Origin: Entomortierella parvispora E1425
Taxonomy: Eukaryota; Fungi; Mortierellomycota
Assembly: GCA_020891255.1 (NCBI GenBank)
Contig: BQFW01000015.1
Location: forward strand, 2,046,001 to 2,110,000
DNA length: 64,000 nucleotides
Direction of reading: 5' to 3'
Below the pieces are notes generated by a model. The model was not told where the DNA came from. It did not search any database and worked only from the letters and a program-made list of their open reading frames with translations. Of this stretch, positions 50,830 to 63,300 are shown piece after piece. Position 1 is the first letter of the stretch. Each line of letters starts with the position of its first letter. The translations under genes and the position numbers were made by a program.

Positions 50830-53748
50830 ATGGTCATGGTCATTGACCACGCCAACCAATCCTATGAGCTGCCCGGGACAAGACGCCCTGGCCAAACTGG
50901 TACTTGCTTTTGCTGGTCTGTTGACCGTCAACCTGTCTGATGAGGATCGCTTCTGACATACTTTGCCCGCCTTCTAGGAATCTACAGACGCAAGGGATAC
51001 GAAGACAAGCTGTTGACTGTGCCTCCGAGCAGACCCCACATCCGCACAATCTACGATAGCTTCCAGCATGGTAGGTCACCGAGGTGCCTTCTTTCGTAAA
51101 GGGATCAGTGGAAAGCATCCTCACTCATCTGGTCTCTCCATCATCGATAGGTCTGCGAGTCAGTCCTAACGGACCTGCGCTGGGACGCCGAGTATACAAT
51201 CCGACGACAGGAACGTATGGAGGATATGAATGGCAGACGTACGTCCAAGTGAATGCCCGCATCACCCGCTTCGGATCCGGCTTGATCAAAATCCACCAGG
51301 ATGCTCATTCCCACCCTTCCATTACCCAGCGTTGGTCCGTGGGAATCTGGGCTATCAACCGATCCGAGTGGACTATTGCATCGGAAGCCTGTTCGGCCTA
51401 CAACTTGGTCTCTGTTGGTCTGTACGACACCTTAGGACCAGAGGCAGTCGTTTATGGTATTAACCATTCCGAGTGCTCCGTCATTGTCACAAGTGGTAAG
51501 GAGCGAGATGCGTCAACAAAAGCAAGGACCCCTTTTTCATGTGGAGTGCATGCAACAGAGCCATACTTGGAAATTAACAAATGTATCCTCAATGGTAATA
51601 GTCGATCATATTGCGTCTCTTTTGAATGATGCTGCCAAGATGCCTGGATTGAAGGTCATCATTTGCATGGATACCCTGGATACGACCAAGGCTGTTCCCG
51701 GCACTGCTGCCGCCGGGTCGATCCTTAGAACGTATGCGCAAGACAAGGGAGTCCTCCTTTATGACTGGGAAGAAGTCGAGGCCGTGGGTCGTCAGTGCGG
51801 CAGGAAACACACCCCTCCCAGCCCTTCGGATGTCTACACAATCTGCTACACCAGTGGTACCACGGGCATGCCAGTAAGCAAAACGGGTCTTTGCAGCTGC
51901 TCCTTTTTCGATGCTCACCTCTCTTCTTGACTGTTGTAGAAAGGAGCCATTTTGACCCACGGAAACATGACCTCTGTCCTTGCCTCTGCGGATGTAACCA
52001 CGCCCATGAACAGCACTGACAGGTACAACACCGTTGCCTGTTCTTATTGTTAAAAAAAGTTCAAATCTGACCCATCTCTCTCTTGTTGTTGGAACAGTCT
52101 GATTAGCTTTCTGCCGCTGCCTCACGTCTTTGGTCGTGTCATGGAGATTTTTGTGTTTTCAGCTGGAGGGAAGATTGGATATAGCACCGGAGATCAGCTT
52201 TTGCTTCTGGAGGATATTGCTCATCTCAAGCCAACAGTTTTCCCTGCCGTTCCCAGATTACTCAATCGAGTCTATGCCAAGATCTGTGCCGCAACTGTGG
52301 ACGCGCCTGGTTTGACTGGAGCGCTCGCCAGACGTGGAGTGGCCACCAAACTGGAAAACCTGAAAGCGGGCAAAGGATTCCTTCATCCTTTTTGGGATCG
52401 CATTCTCTTTTCCAAGATCAAGCAGGCACTTGGTGGCAATGTCCGATTGATTTTGACTGGTAAGCGACCCTGCCCCCCTTTTTTTTTTTTTTTTTTTGGT
52501 CTTCTTACAGTAAGAGACTAACCATCATTTGGATGTTACTTCTGCTATAGCTTCGGCTCCCATATCGGCTGAGATTTTGGGATTTGTGCGTGTGGCCTTT
52601 TGCTGTGAGGTCATTGAGGCGTACGGTCAGACAGAGGGATCTGGAGCAGCCACCAACACCAACCCTGACGAGACAGATGCAGGACACGTTGGTCCTCCCA
52701 ATGCCTGCTCAGAGATCAAACTGGTAGATGTTCCAGAGCTCAATTACTTCGCGACGGATAAGCCTTATCCTCGTGGAGAGATTTGTGTCCGTGGCCCTGG
52801 TATTATTCCTGGATACCTGAAGGATGAAGCCAAGACGAAAGAGACTATTGACGAAGAGGGTTGGCTTCACTCTGGAGATATTGGAATCATTGGAGGCAAT
52901 GGCACAATCACAGTCATTGGTAACGATCTGTTTCTTTATCTCTCTGTCGCCTTGAAATTTGCTCAAGAAATGGTACTAATCTCGAATTTCCTTCTATTGC
53001 AGACCGCAAAAAGAATGTGTTCAAGGTATGTCTTCACTCGTGCTTTTAGCACTTGTTCATGCCATGAGCAGAAGGTCGAAGCTAACCTCGCTGCTTTTCA
53101 ACTATATCCTCTAGCTGAGTCAAGGAGAGTATATTGCAGCAGAGAACATTGAGGGTCGATACCTCTCTCGAGTCAACTTTATCCAGCAATTGTTCATCCA
53201 TGGAGACTCGACTGAGAGCTGCCTGGTTGCGGTTCTCGTCCCTGAACCAGACATGTATGACCCATGGTGTTTTGGAGAGGCTTCTTGTTTTGTCTACGGA
53301 CCCTAATCTTTTTTTTCTATTGTTCATGAACGACGATGCAATAGGTTCGCGGCGTTTGTTAACAAGACTATTGAAGGATCCAATCTCGACATGAATGATA
53401 AAGCTGCTCTCAAAGCCATCTGCGCCGACCCCAAGGCAACACGCGCCGTCCTTCAAGAGCTTATTAACGCTGGCAAAGAGATTGGACTGAGGGGGTAAGT
53501 GCTTCTTTGCTTCTCAGGCAAATAGTTCATCAGACTGTTTCTGACGAGGGGCAATGTGTTGCTTTGTCGTGACCACATATAGATTCGAGGTCCCTAGAGC
53601 CATTCTACTCGAACCTGAACCGTTCACCGTGGAAAACGACCTCATGACGCCAACCTTCAAAATCAAGAGGCACCCTGTTGTGCAACATTACCGTGAGAAA
53701 CTCACGGCTCTGTACAAGGACATTCATCAGAAGGACTCCAAGCTCTAG
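50830..53748 (+). CDS. Long-chain acyl-CoA synthetase, copy 1 (ACSL/FAA2/LACS6-7-like), 11 exons, C-terminal PTS1 SKL
   Basis: ICYTSGTTGMP/KGA AMP-binding motif, EAYGQTE, GWLHSGDIG, DRKKNVFK/LSQGEYIA; ends KDSKL*. Confidence 0.95.
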
Positions 53749-53797
53749 AGACAAATGCTTTCCCCTGCTTCATTTTTTTACCACAAAAAATAAAAAT

Positions 53798-53972
53798 ACC
53801 GTTGTACGCGTCGCAAACGTGGTCAGAGGTCCTTTGGTGAAACCATTGATTCAATGGAGCAAAAACCATTCTCGCGTGAAGCGAGGTCCAAGTGCGGACC
53901 GGGAGGTTGGCTGTGAAAGCCAGCCGTCGTGGCCAGTAGGACTAACTGTGGGGGTCACACAGCGTGTACGGT
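53798..53972 (+). ncRNA. Candidate structured RNA of unknown class (about 175 nt) between the two acyl-CoA synthetase genes
   Basis: Closing stem 53798-53809/53962-53972, at least 5 internal hairpins (two with GUGAA loops), G-U wobbles consistent with the plus strand, and a possible pseudoknot. No family recognised. Confidence 0.4.
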
Positions 53973-54244
53973 CCTTCCCTTGCAGGGCTCGGCCCGCGTC
54001 TTTGTTTGTTTGTTCAGTGGCAACCATCCCGTCTTTCGTTTCTCCACATCCAAGTCTTTAAATTCCCTTCTTTACTTTTGCTCTTCTCTTTCTCTCTCTT
54101 TCTTTTCTCTCTCTTTCTTTTCTCTCACTCTTCAATTCCCTTGGGAACTACACAACTTCCTCCGTCGTCAAGGTACTCTCCTTACCCTTCGTCAACAACT
54201 CCCCATCTTATTCAGTATTATCGCGCCAGCAGCTGCCAAAAACA

Positions 54245-56945
54245 ATGGCCCCTGTACCCTACAACAAGGATCGACAGGCCGTCGAATTGCCCGGCACTCG
54301 ACGACCAGGACAAACTGGTAACTTCAGAGTGTCATTTCCAACGTCGTGGGAAAACCCTCTCTCTCCCTCTCACTCCCTTCTTGTACAATATGTTGAGCGA
54401 TTCCACTTTCTTTCTTTCTTTCCACTCCGATAGGCATTTATCGGCGATGCGGTTACGAGAATGCTCTTCGAAGTGTTCCCGAATCGCGCCCTCATGTCAC
54501 GACGGTGTACAAAGCTTTCATGAATGGTAAGGTGTTCAATGGTCGGAAAAGAAAAGGCTCACACTTTCTTGGCAAACCGCTGATGATCCGACTCTTGTAC
54601 TCAACATCAATTCCTCTATTATTTTTTTTCCAGGGCTCAGGCTGTCTCCCAACGGCCCCCTTTTGGGTCAACGAAAGCTGGATGGGACGACTGGAAAGTA
54701 CGGTGCTTATGAATGGCAGACATATTCAGAAGTCAGTGGCCGAATCAATCGATTCGGAAGTGGCATGACCAAATTGTACCAAGAGGCCATGGGTCTTTCA
54801 TTGAACGAGCCTTTGCCACAGCAGTGGACCTTTGGACTTTGGGCGATCAACCGACCCGAATGGACCATTGCTTCCGAAGCTGGGTCGGCTTTCAACTTGG
54901 TCTCGGTCGGATTGTATGATACTCTTGGTCCTGAGGCGGTGATCTATGGTGTGAACCACTCAGAGTGCGCCGTAGTCGTTGCCAGTGGTAAGTTCTATGT
55001 ATCGGATGGACATTGTGGTTGGAAAACATGAAACTTTGCCATTAAAGACTTAACTGAGTGGTCCCTTTTTCAGTGGATCACATCGCGGGTTTGCTCAGGG
55101 ATTCGGCCAAGATGTCAGGACTCCAGATTATCATTAGCATGGACCCACTGCAGGATCCGCTCGCGAGTGGACAAAAGAATGCTTCTCAAAGTGCCATGGC
55201 GGGATCGATTCTTCGCACGTATGCCAAGGACAAGGGTATCCTTTTGTACGACTGGGATGAAGTCGAAGCCATTGGGCGTCAGTTCCCAAGGAAACATACC
55301 CCTCCAGAGCCGAAAGACATATATACCATCTGCTATACCAGTGGCACCACTGGCATGCCAGTAAGGATCCCCCTTGCCTCAACTGCAATTTTTAAGTCGT
55401 GGAGAGAAGCATCTACTTATCTACTTTTTTGAAATGCTATTAGAAAGGTGCCATTTTGACCCACGGCAACTACATTGCCGCATTGGCCTCTGGCGATTCT
55501 GGAACCCCATTTGGTCCCGACGACTGTATCTTTAGTTTCCTACCTTTGGCCCATCTCTTTGGTCGCGCCATGGAAATTTTCCTGTTTACGGCGGGAGGCA
55601 AAGTCGGCTACAGCACCGGCGACCCTCTTCTGATCCTTGACGATCTACAAGCACTGCAACCGACCGTCTTCCCGGCGGTGCCCCGACTCTTGAACCGGAT
55701 CTACGCCAAGGTCCACGCGGCCACGGCGGGCGCCCCTGGTCTGGCTGGTATTTTGGCGCGCAAGGGTTTGGCCACCAAACTGGACAACCTCGAGAAGGGT
55801 TTGGGCAACGAACACGCGCTTTGGGATCGCTTGTTGTTCTCTAAAGTCAAGATGGCCCTGGGTGGCAAGGTCAGAAGGATCTTAACCGCCTCGGCTCCCA
55901 TCTCGGCTGAGGTCCTGGCTTTTATTCGGGTGGTGTTCATCTGTGAGGTTTGTGAGGCCTATGGACAGACAGAAGGATCCGGTGTAGGCACGGCCACACA
56001 AGAGGGCGAGATGGAGGCTGGGCATGTAGGCCCCCCGAACCCGGTGACAGAACTGAAGCTGGTGGATGTCCCAGAGCTCAATTACTTCACGACGGACAAA
56101 CCCTATCCTCGCGGAGAGATTTGTGTCCGTGGACCGAATGTGATTCAAGGCTATTTGAAGGATGAAAAGAAGACGAGGGAGGCCATTGATGAAGAGGGTT
56201 GGTTGCATTCGGGGGACATTGGTTTTATCAAGGAAAACGGCACTTTGACCGTGATTGACAGGATCAAGAACGTGTTTAAGGTAAAAAACAAAAAGAAAAG
56301 AGAAAAAAAAATGGCCTCTTGGCTTGTCCACTTGGCTGATCGTCTTTGCGCTCACACATATTACTTTTCCTGTCGTCTATAGCTCTCTATCGGCGAGTAT
56401 GTGGCCGTGGAAAAGATCGAGTACATGATCGCGTCGCGAATCCCGATCGTCATGCAATTCATGGTCCACGGCGACTCACAAGAGAGTTGCCTCGTGGGGA
56501 TTGTGGTCCCAGAGCCAGAGGCATTTGTCCCCTTTGTGAACTCTGTCCTGGGTGATGCGTCGCCGAAACTCGTGCTTGGAGATGTCGATGGTCTCCACAA
56601 GGCGAGCCGGGATCCCAAAGTTCGCCGAGCCGTTTTGAGAGAACTCACGCAGGCTGGAGTTGCTGCAGGAATGAAAAGGTAGATTGACTCGTCGTCTCTT
56701 CAGGACGTCCTTTTTTTTTTCTTTTTTCTTTTTTTTTGGACACAACCTCACCCTCTCTTCTTGTTTTTGTCGATAGCTTTGAGATCCCCAAGGCTATCTT
56801 GATCGAGCCCGAGCCTTTTACGATTGAAAAAGAGTTTTTGACCCCAACACTCAAGCTCAAGCGTCATCCCATCGTTCAGGCGTATAGAAAGCAATTAGAG
56901 GAGCTGTACGTCGAAACGCGTGCTGGAGTTGACTCTAAACTTTGA
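54245..56945 (+). CDS. Long-chain acyl-CoA synthetase, copy 2 (tandem paralogue), 7 exons, C-terminal PTS1 SKL
   Basis: Same motifs as copy 1 (YTSGTTGMP/KG, EAYGQTE, GWLHSGDIG, DRIKNVFK/LSIGEYVA); ends GVDSKL*. Confidence 0.95.
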
Positions 56946-57012
56946 CCTATTCTTGATTCAAAAACTCTTTCCAGATGTCTTTTGGAAAGATAATATTATT
57001 GAGGCGACGAGG

Positions 57013-57169
57013 GGAGAAAGCGACCAAGTTTGCGACCAAGCTTTGATGTTTGAAATGAAGTTGGTCGTTTCTCCTTAAATGGGCATCGAAAGCTGGTCGC
57101 AAACCCGGAAAGGAAACTTGGTCGCAAAACTTGGTCGCAAATTTGGTCGCTCTCCTTTTTTTAGTAGCG
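57013..57169 (-). mobile_element. Probable CACTA/En-Spm-like transposon terminus remnant with subterminal repeats
   Basis: The minus strand from 57169 reads CGCTACTAAAAAAAGGAGAGCGACCAAATTTGCGACC, one substitution from CACTACTAAAAAAA. About 7 copies of the TTGGTCGC(AAA) motif occur in both orientations, and 57013-57040 is a near-perfect inverted repeat of 57130-57155. Confidence 0.5.
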
Positions 57170-57386
57170 AACACAAATGACCGACCAACCGACCAGAAAT
57201 TTACTTTGGGCTAATGTTGTTAATAAAACATGATAACTCAACTCAGAAGAGAGCAGACCTTCCAAAGCCATGAAGACTCCTTCAAGGGGCGAAGTTTGAC
57301 AATTCTTCACAAATTTTTATTTATTCACTTTGTCTACCCACCATCGATCCTACTTTTCTTCACCATTGAAGACTTCTTTTTTTTTT

Positions 57387-60300
57387 CTACTCCAGTGGCT
57401 TGAGCTCTGCGTTGAACTGGCTGACGCGTTCCTCAATCTTGCCACTGAACCACTGCAGAGAACTCTGCTCAAAGATCGGGATAAAGTTCTCTTGACGGTC
57501 CCGACGACTGGTGATCGAGATGCCGCGTGGGAAGGGCGCAATGGCCTGGATCTCTGAGAACTCGAGCTCCCATTCGACCTTCAGACTCTCAGCCCTAAAG
57601 ACCATGATTCTCTTGGACGTCAGCATGGCCACCATGTTGTCGCCCTTCAGGACCAAGTGCGCAATATAGTCGTCGTAAAAGAACCGTCCACTGTCGACCT
57701 GCTTCAACCAGAACTGACCCACCGCCTCTGATTTATCGTACAACGTCAGGATGCCGTTCTTGGGAACATGACGCGGGATACGCTTGCGACGCTGATCCTT
57801 GTCAAAGACCGTGGTCGTGTTGCGGATACCGGACGTGACATTGGTCGTGAAATCAAAGACTCCAACCAAAGGTTTCGTCACGGCTCCGACCAGACCCTTG
57901 CCTACTCCCTTGAAGAAACCCTCCACGCCTCCGCTCTGGGCTCCTGCCAAGGGCTGCTCCACGATACCTGTGACGCCACTGACCAGACCTTGGGCCAAAG
58001 AGGAAGCGCCCTGTGACAAGCCCGAGAGTGCATGCTTGGGAGCATTTCGCTGGTTGCCCATACGTCTACGCTCCTGGAAGGTCTTGTCCATGGTCGCCGC
58101 AGAGAGACCCTTTCCGACCGAACCAGAGATCTTGGCCAAGGAATCCGAGAATCCAAAGACAGTCTTCTTGAGCAGCGAGGAGGTGCCTCGGGCGAGACCC
58201 AGTCCAAAGTCCTGAGGACGATCTCCCATAATGAATCCCTGGTAGGGTTCATAAAAGAAATCAGCCACACCAGAACTCAAGTTGTTGAAGAGTCCCACAG
58301 GGTTGCCCAAGAACTCGATCGAACCAACAATCATATGCAGCTGGTAGAAGAAGTCCTGGCTGTAATGTCTCTGCAAGAGATCAATCAGCACTGGTCCACT
58401 CGCGCGGACGTTCTCCAGCAACAATGCGTTCAAGGTGATAGGGGCGGCCTAGAGAGGATCAATATTACAACGAAATGGGACGATTGTTAGTATTATGAAC
58501 CAAAGAAAAAGTATTAAAGCAGGGAAGGAACTTTGAGATTGGCCCTTACATCAATGTTTCCGATGGCCATGGTGAGAACGTTAAAGATGTACATGATGGG
58601 GTTGTGGCTCGAAGTCTTTTGCTGAGCCTCCTCAATATTGACACGGTCCGATCGCATGAATGAGAGATTAACCTTCATAGGATGAAGATGCAAAACCTCA
58701 AAGAACAACTGACTCTCGCTCTCGTTCGCGTTGGGCTCTGGGAGGTCCAAGCTATCATCACACAACTGGACCTTGCTGGGGTCCTCAGTCCATCCTGGAA
58801 CGTTTAACTTTGAGAACTCCAACAGAGTGTACAGGAAGTCCTCGTCCATCGCTACAGTCAACTCCTGGACCAAGGCTGAGAAATACTTGAAGTACACAAC
58901 ACCGTGTGTCTCATCCTTGGCACGAACAAGAGCACTGTGAAGTGTTGGATGAACAGATGCATCCTTGCCATCCTTGGGGGTCTGGGTTGGGCAAAGAATA
59001 ATCGGGTTGGATCCTCCATAGAGCTGGTTGTCGATTTGAAGCCACTTGACCAACATGTTGACAGACTGGTACATGTTTGAGTCAGTGTATCGCATCTCCA
59101 ATCCCGTCATAGAGAGGTAAATCAACTCTTGCATACGCTGGTTCAAGATGGAGATGCCGATGCACTCCAGGCGTACTTGGAAGCTGAATGTGACCACAGC
59201 GTCCACATCAATCACCTCGAATCCATCCTTGGCCAAATCCTTGCCATTCTCACGTTGATCCTCGCCACGCTCCGTCAATGTTATCTGACTGGAGGACCGT
59301 TGCTTGAACAAACTCTGCTTCGAGTCATAATCTGCCAGAACAAGGACCTGCGTCGGTCCCTCTGCGATCACGTCGATGGAGATGATACTATTGGCTTCTC
59401 CAGCGGGGAACTTGAATGGAACCAATGATCCGATCTCCTGAAGACTGACTTCACGCTCTCTGCCATTCACTGTCAAGACAAGAGCCTTCTCCTTCATGAA
59501 GGGCAAATCCCAAGAATAAGCCATCGTTTCGCCAGCCTTGAGCTTATACATCTTGGGTGCAGAGGTTGAGAACGAGGAAGTGGACGACGTAGTGGCAACT
59601 TCACCACGGGTAGTGCTCTAAGGAAATTGGGCAACAAGGTGAATAAGAAACGTTTGTGTAGTCGAGACCCCTCGAGCTACTCTGATAAAGAGGGACTTAC
59701 GTGCTGACAGAATGTGATGTCCCATGATGACTTGTTGTCGATTCGGTATGGCCAACGGCCTTCCTCCCTGTTGAGGACAATAAACACTGTTGCCACCTCC
59801 ATCATGACATGGACACGGATCAGCTCAACCTCGCCATCGCTGCGAAGAATTGTAACGTGCATCTTGCCCATCTCGTCAATGTTGAAAGGTGCGGTCCTAG
59901 AAAAGCCCAAAACAGAGTCAATAAGAGCTGATATCTTCACAATCACCCATTCTCAAGCAGTGCCTTACCATCGGGATGTAACGCCGGGAAGACGCAACGA
60001 AAGGAGCTTCTGCTGACCTTGACGCAAGTAGCGAAGGGGAACTCGCTGTCCAGCTGGCAAGAGAGTCACATTGTTGGAGCCATACTCTCTAAAGTTAAGG
60101 TCCTCGCTCAAGTTGTTCTTCAAGATGAATCGGGGAGTGATGGTGACGACTTTGGTGAGAGCGTATTTGCCCTTTCCAAGCTCGACATTCATTCCCAAGT
60201 GAATCTCTTCTGGACGATCCATTGCTGCGACTGCAATCTCCATAATGCTTCCCACAGCTTCGAAACTGACAGGTCGGCTCCACTGAGAGTTTCCTCCAAC

Positions 60301-63300
60301 TTGGACCAACATACGGTTGCCGTTCTCAGTCTTTCCATAGGAGAACATGAGTGGCAGTGCTTTGTTCTGAACCATCCTGTTTGAGCCTTGTCCAGCAGCA
60401 ATCTTTGCGTTCTGCATAAAGGACTTTGCCTTGAAGATCAGGTCCAATCCAGTCTTGTTCAGAATCACATAAGGGCAGAAGATACTGAACTTGATGGCTC
60501 CGCCAGAGTCAGGGATGACGCTATTGAAAGTAATTAGTCGAGGAGTATTTTCAAGAGTTAGTGTACTGACTCCATACACCCTTCAAAGCCAAATGGAGTG
60601 AAACACTCGATACTTACTGTCGGTGGATGCCCAGCATGAGCTTCAAACCATCAGGATCGACTAGGGTCAATGTGTTCTCGACAGGCAGCTCGTCGGGGTC
60701 GTGCGAGCTCACAATAGAGTATTCACTAGGCGAGAACGATGTGCCTTCAAGAGCAACGCTCAGCAACATCAGGTTGCGGACGTCAACCGTGTGGAGCGGT
60801 GAGATACCTCCCTTTCTCAAGTAGGATGTGATAACAGGACCGCTGTGCTTGGGTGAAGTCTTCTCCATGACGGTATACTTCATGTTGTAGGGAAGCAAAT
60901 TCTCAATCTCCACAGGCGCGCTGAGTCGAATGGTCATGTAAGGATAGTCCTTGGCAATCGGGTCAAAGTTATCGGTGCCTCCTCGAACCTGGAAACGGAA
61001 CGGCTGCTGGCTCTGCTCATCAAGTGCACGACAAGTGATAGAGTTGACGGCTTGGCCATCCGAATTGTATCGATGCTGATGATTCTGCTGAGCAGCAAGA
61101 TCGCGCCAGAAGATGGGCTCTGCGCTCCAGTTGTAGTTGAATCCGGGGTCGGGGCGAACGAGAAGACGGTTCTTGAAAGCGGCCTCAATAGGTACGGAGT
61201 AGTCCTCTCCGGGGGCAATCTTTTGAGCGCTGGACAGATGCTTCTTCTTATCATCGACTATAACGACTTCAATAGGAAGAGAAGTCGCGTTCTCAACGAG
61301 CAAAGCAGAGCTGAAGGTGACAACCTTGACATTGTTCTTAATTTGAATGTCGACTGCCACGCGGTGGGATACCTTGTTGAGCTTGGGACGCAAAACATAC
61401 AGATAACGGCCTTCACGCTCGACAGGAACATCCTTGAGACTCTCCCATGGCACGCCATCAAACTGAATACCCAGGGTGTTCTTCTTGCTAGCAACAGTCT
61501 AAAAGTAAAGTCAAGGAAGAAGGTTAGCACGCACAATCGCCCATATGGACATTTCTACCATGTTAAATATCCTTACCTCTCTCATCTTCCTCCAATCGTC
61601 GAATCGCCAGGGGAGATTAGCGCCGTCCTTCATCTTGTGCACAACGATATCGATGTTGTTCTCTGACTCTGCCCAGACGTGGAGAGGATAACCAGTTCTA
61701 TTCTTGAGAATGTAGGGAACCAGAGTCTCTCTGTTCACAGCAGTGACATGTTCAGGCTCCTTTTGGATAGTGGTCATAATCTGAAGGGCCGTCTCGATAA
61801 ACGTATGGGAAATGTTCATGTTGAGATCCTGCTTCGAGAACACATCGATCGTCATGTTGGCGGGTTGGATAGACTTGGCAACGTGGATGACCAACTGCCA
61901 GGGCTCGAGCAACGGCTCCCAGTGTGAGTTTCGGACGTTGAAGTAGTTGACGCTGGGCTTCAACGAAGTATCGACCTTCATCTCCGATGACCACTCCTTG
62001 ACCTCCAAATCGAATCGGTCCAGCTTCAAGTCCAGCATTGGCAAACTGTGCATATCGTCAATCAGGATGAGCTGCAAACCTTGAATAACTCCCTTGAGCT
62101 AATATGATGGAATAAATGCACCCAGGTTAACACACTTTTTTTTTTCATTCTTCCGCTCTTACAGTGTCAACCAGATATCCTTGCAACTTACTGTTTCACG
62201 TGTGGAAACAAAGGACGCAGACTGCACTAGACTTTTGGCAGTCGGCTTTGGAGAAGCAGTAGCAGCAACTGATGTTGTGGCGGTGCGTCGGTCGGCAGGA
62301 TCCAAAGGTTTTGGCGTAGTTCCAGCGGTAATCTGCTTGCTGGGCTCTGGAGATTGCTCCGCCGCGGGCTGAGCCTTGGACTGCATCTCAGTCACCTTGT
62401 TGACAATATCCATCACCAACATGGCATCACGGTACGACAATCTCAACACAAGAGGGCGCACGTCCAGAGTAATATTGGTCAGTTGGTGTCCGGGGGTCGG
62501 GGAACGAGTTCCCATGGAGAGGGCGATATCAAAGTTGTCGATAAAGCGCAGACAAGTGTCTTCTCGCTTGTCCATCTTGCAGAGGAACATTCCAACACGA
62601 TCGACAATAAGTGTCATCGTCTCTTGTTGCGACATCACGACTTGGTGGGCCGAGAGAATGATGGCGTCAGTGGCTGAGCTGGCAGCATTGGCCAACAAGA
62701 TGATCTCAGGAGCCACCACGCTAACACGGTAGTGCAGACTTGGCACAGGCTCCGTAGGCTTGGCTGGATCTGCTGGCTTAGAGGCCACAGCATTCGAAGA
62801 GCGTCTTCCGCTGGCAGTCTTTGAGCTTTGAGGGCGGCCCGAGACCTGACTTGTGGACGATGGACGTCTCTCCGGCTTGGGAGGCTCTGCCGGGGCGGAA
62901 TCCGACAAGGCACTCATAAAGTAGTTCTGGAGGGCGAAAATATACTCCAAATGGAAAATAACCTTGGGACTGTCGATGTTCAACAACAAGAACATGCTCT
63001 TGTCTTCGAATGTGTTGACGGAGATGGAGATCTGAGGACTGTTATGAAGATTGGCTGGGATGATCTCGCGGAACTTAGTCTTCACGTTGCGTCTAGTGTC
63101 GTTGATGATAAGATCCTGAATCGTCAGCTCGGCCTGCATTGTCGAATCTGTCAACGACTTGTACTTGAAATCAGTCTTGGACAATGAAAACTTTGAGAAA
63201 CTGCAGTCGCGAAGCTCCTCCTTCTGAGTCGCATCACCCTGATAGATCTCCAAGGTCACCTTGGGCAGCTCAAAGACCAGATCAATTGAAGTCCACTTTT

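Noticed and set aside
53798-53972. Assigning the structured element to SRP RNA, RNase P/MRP, hammerhead, HDV, twister or pistol
   Set aside because: Only short word matches (GGAGGUUGG, GGUCCAAG, GGAGCA); the required conserved cores and helix order are missing.
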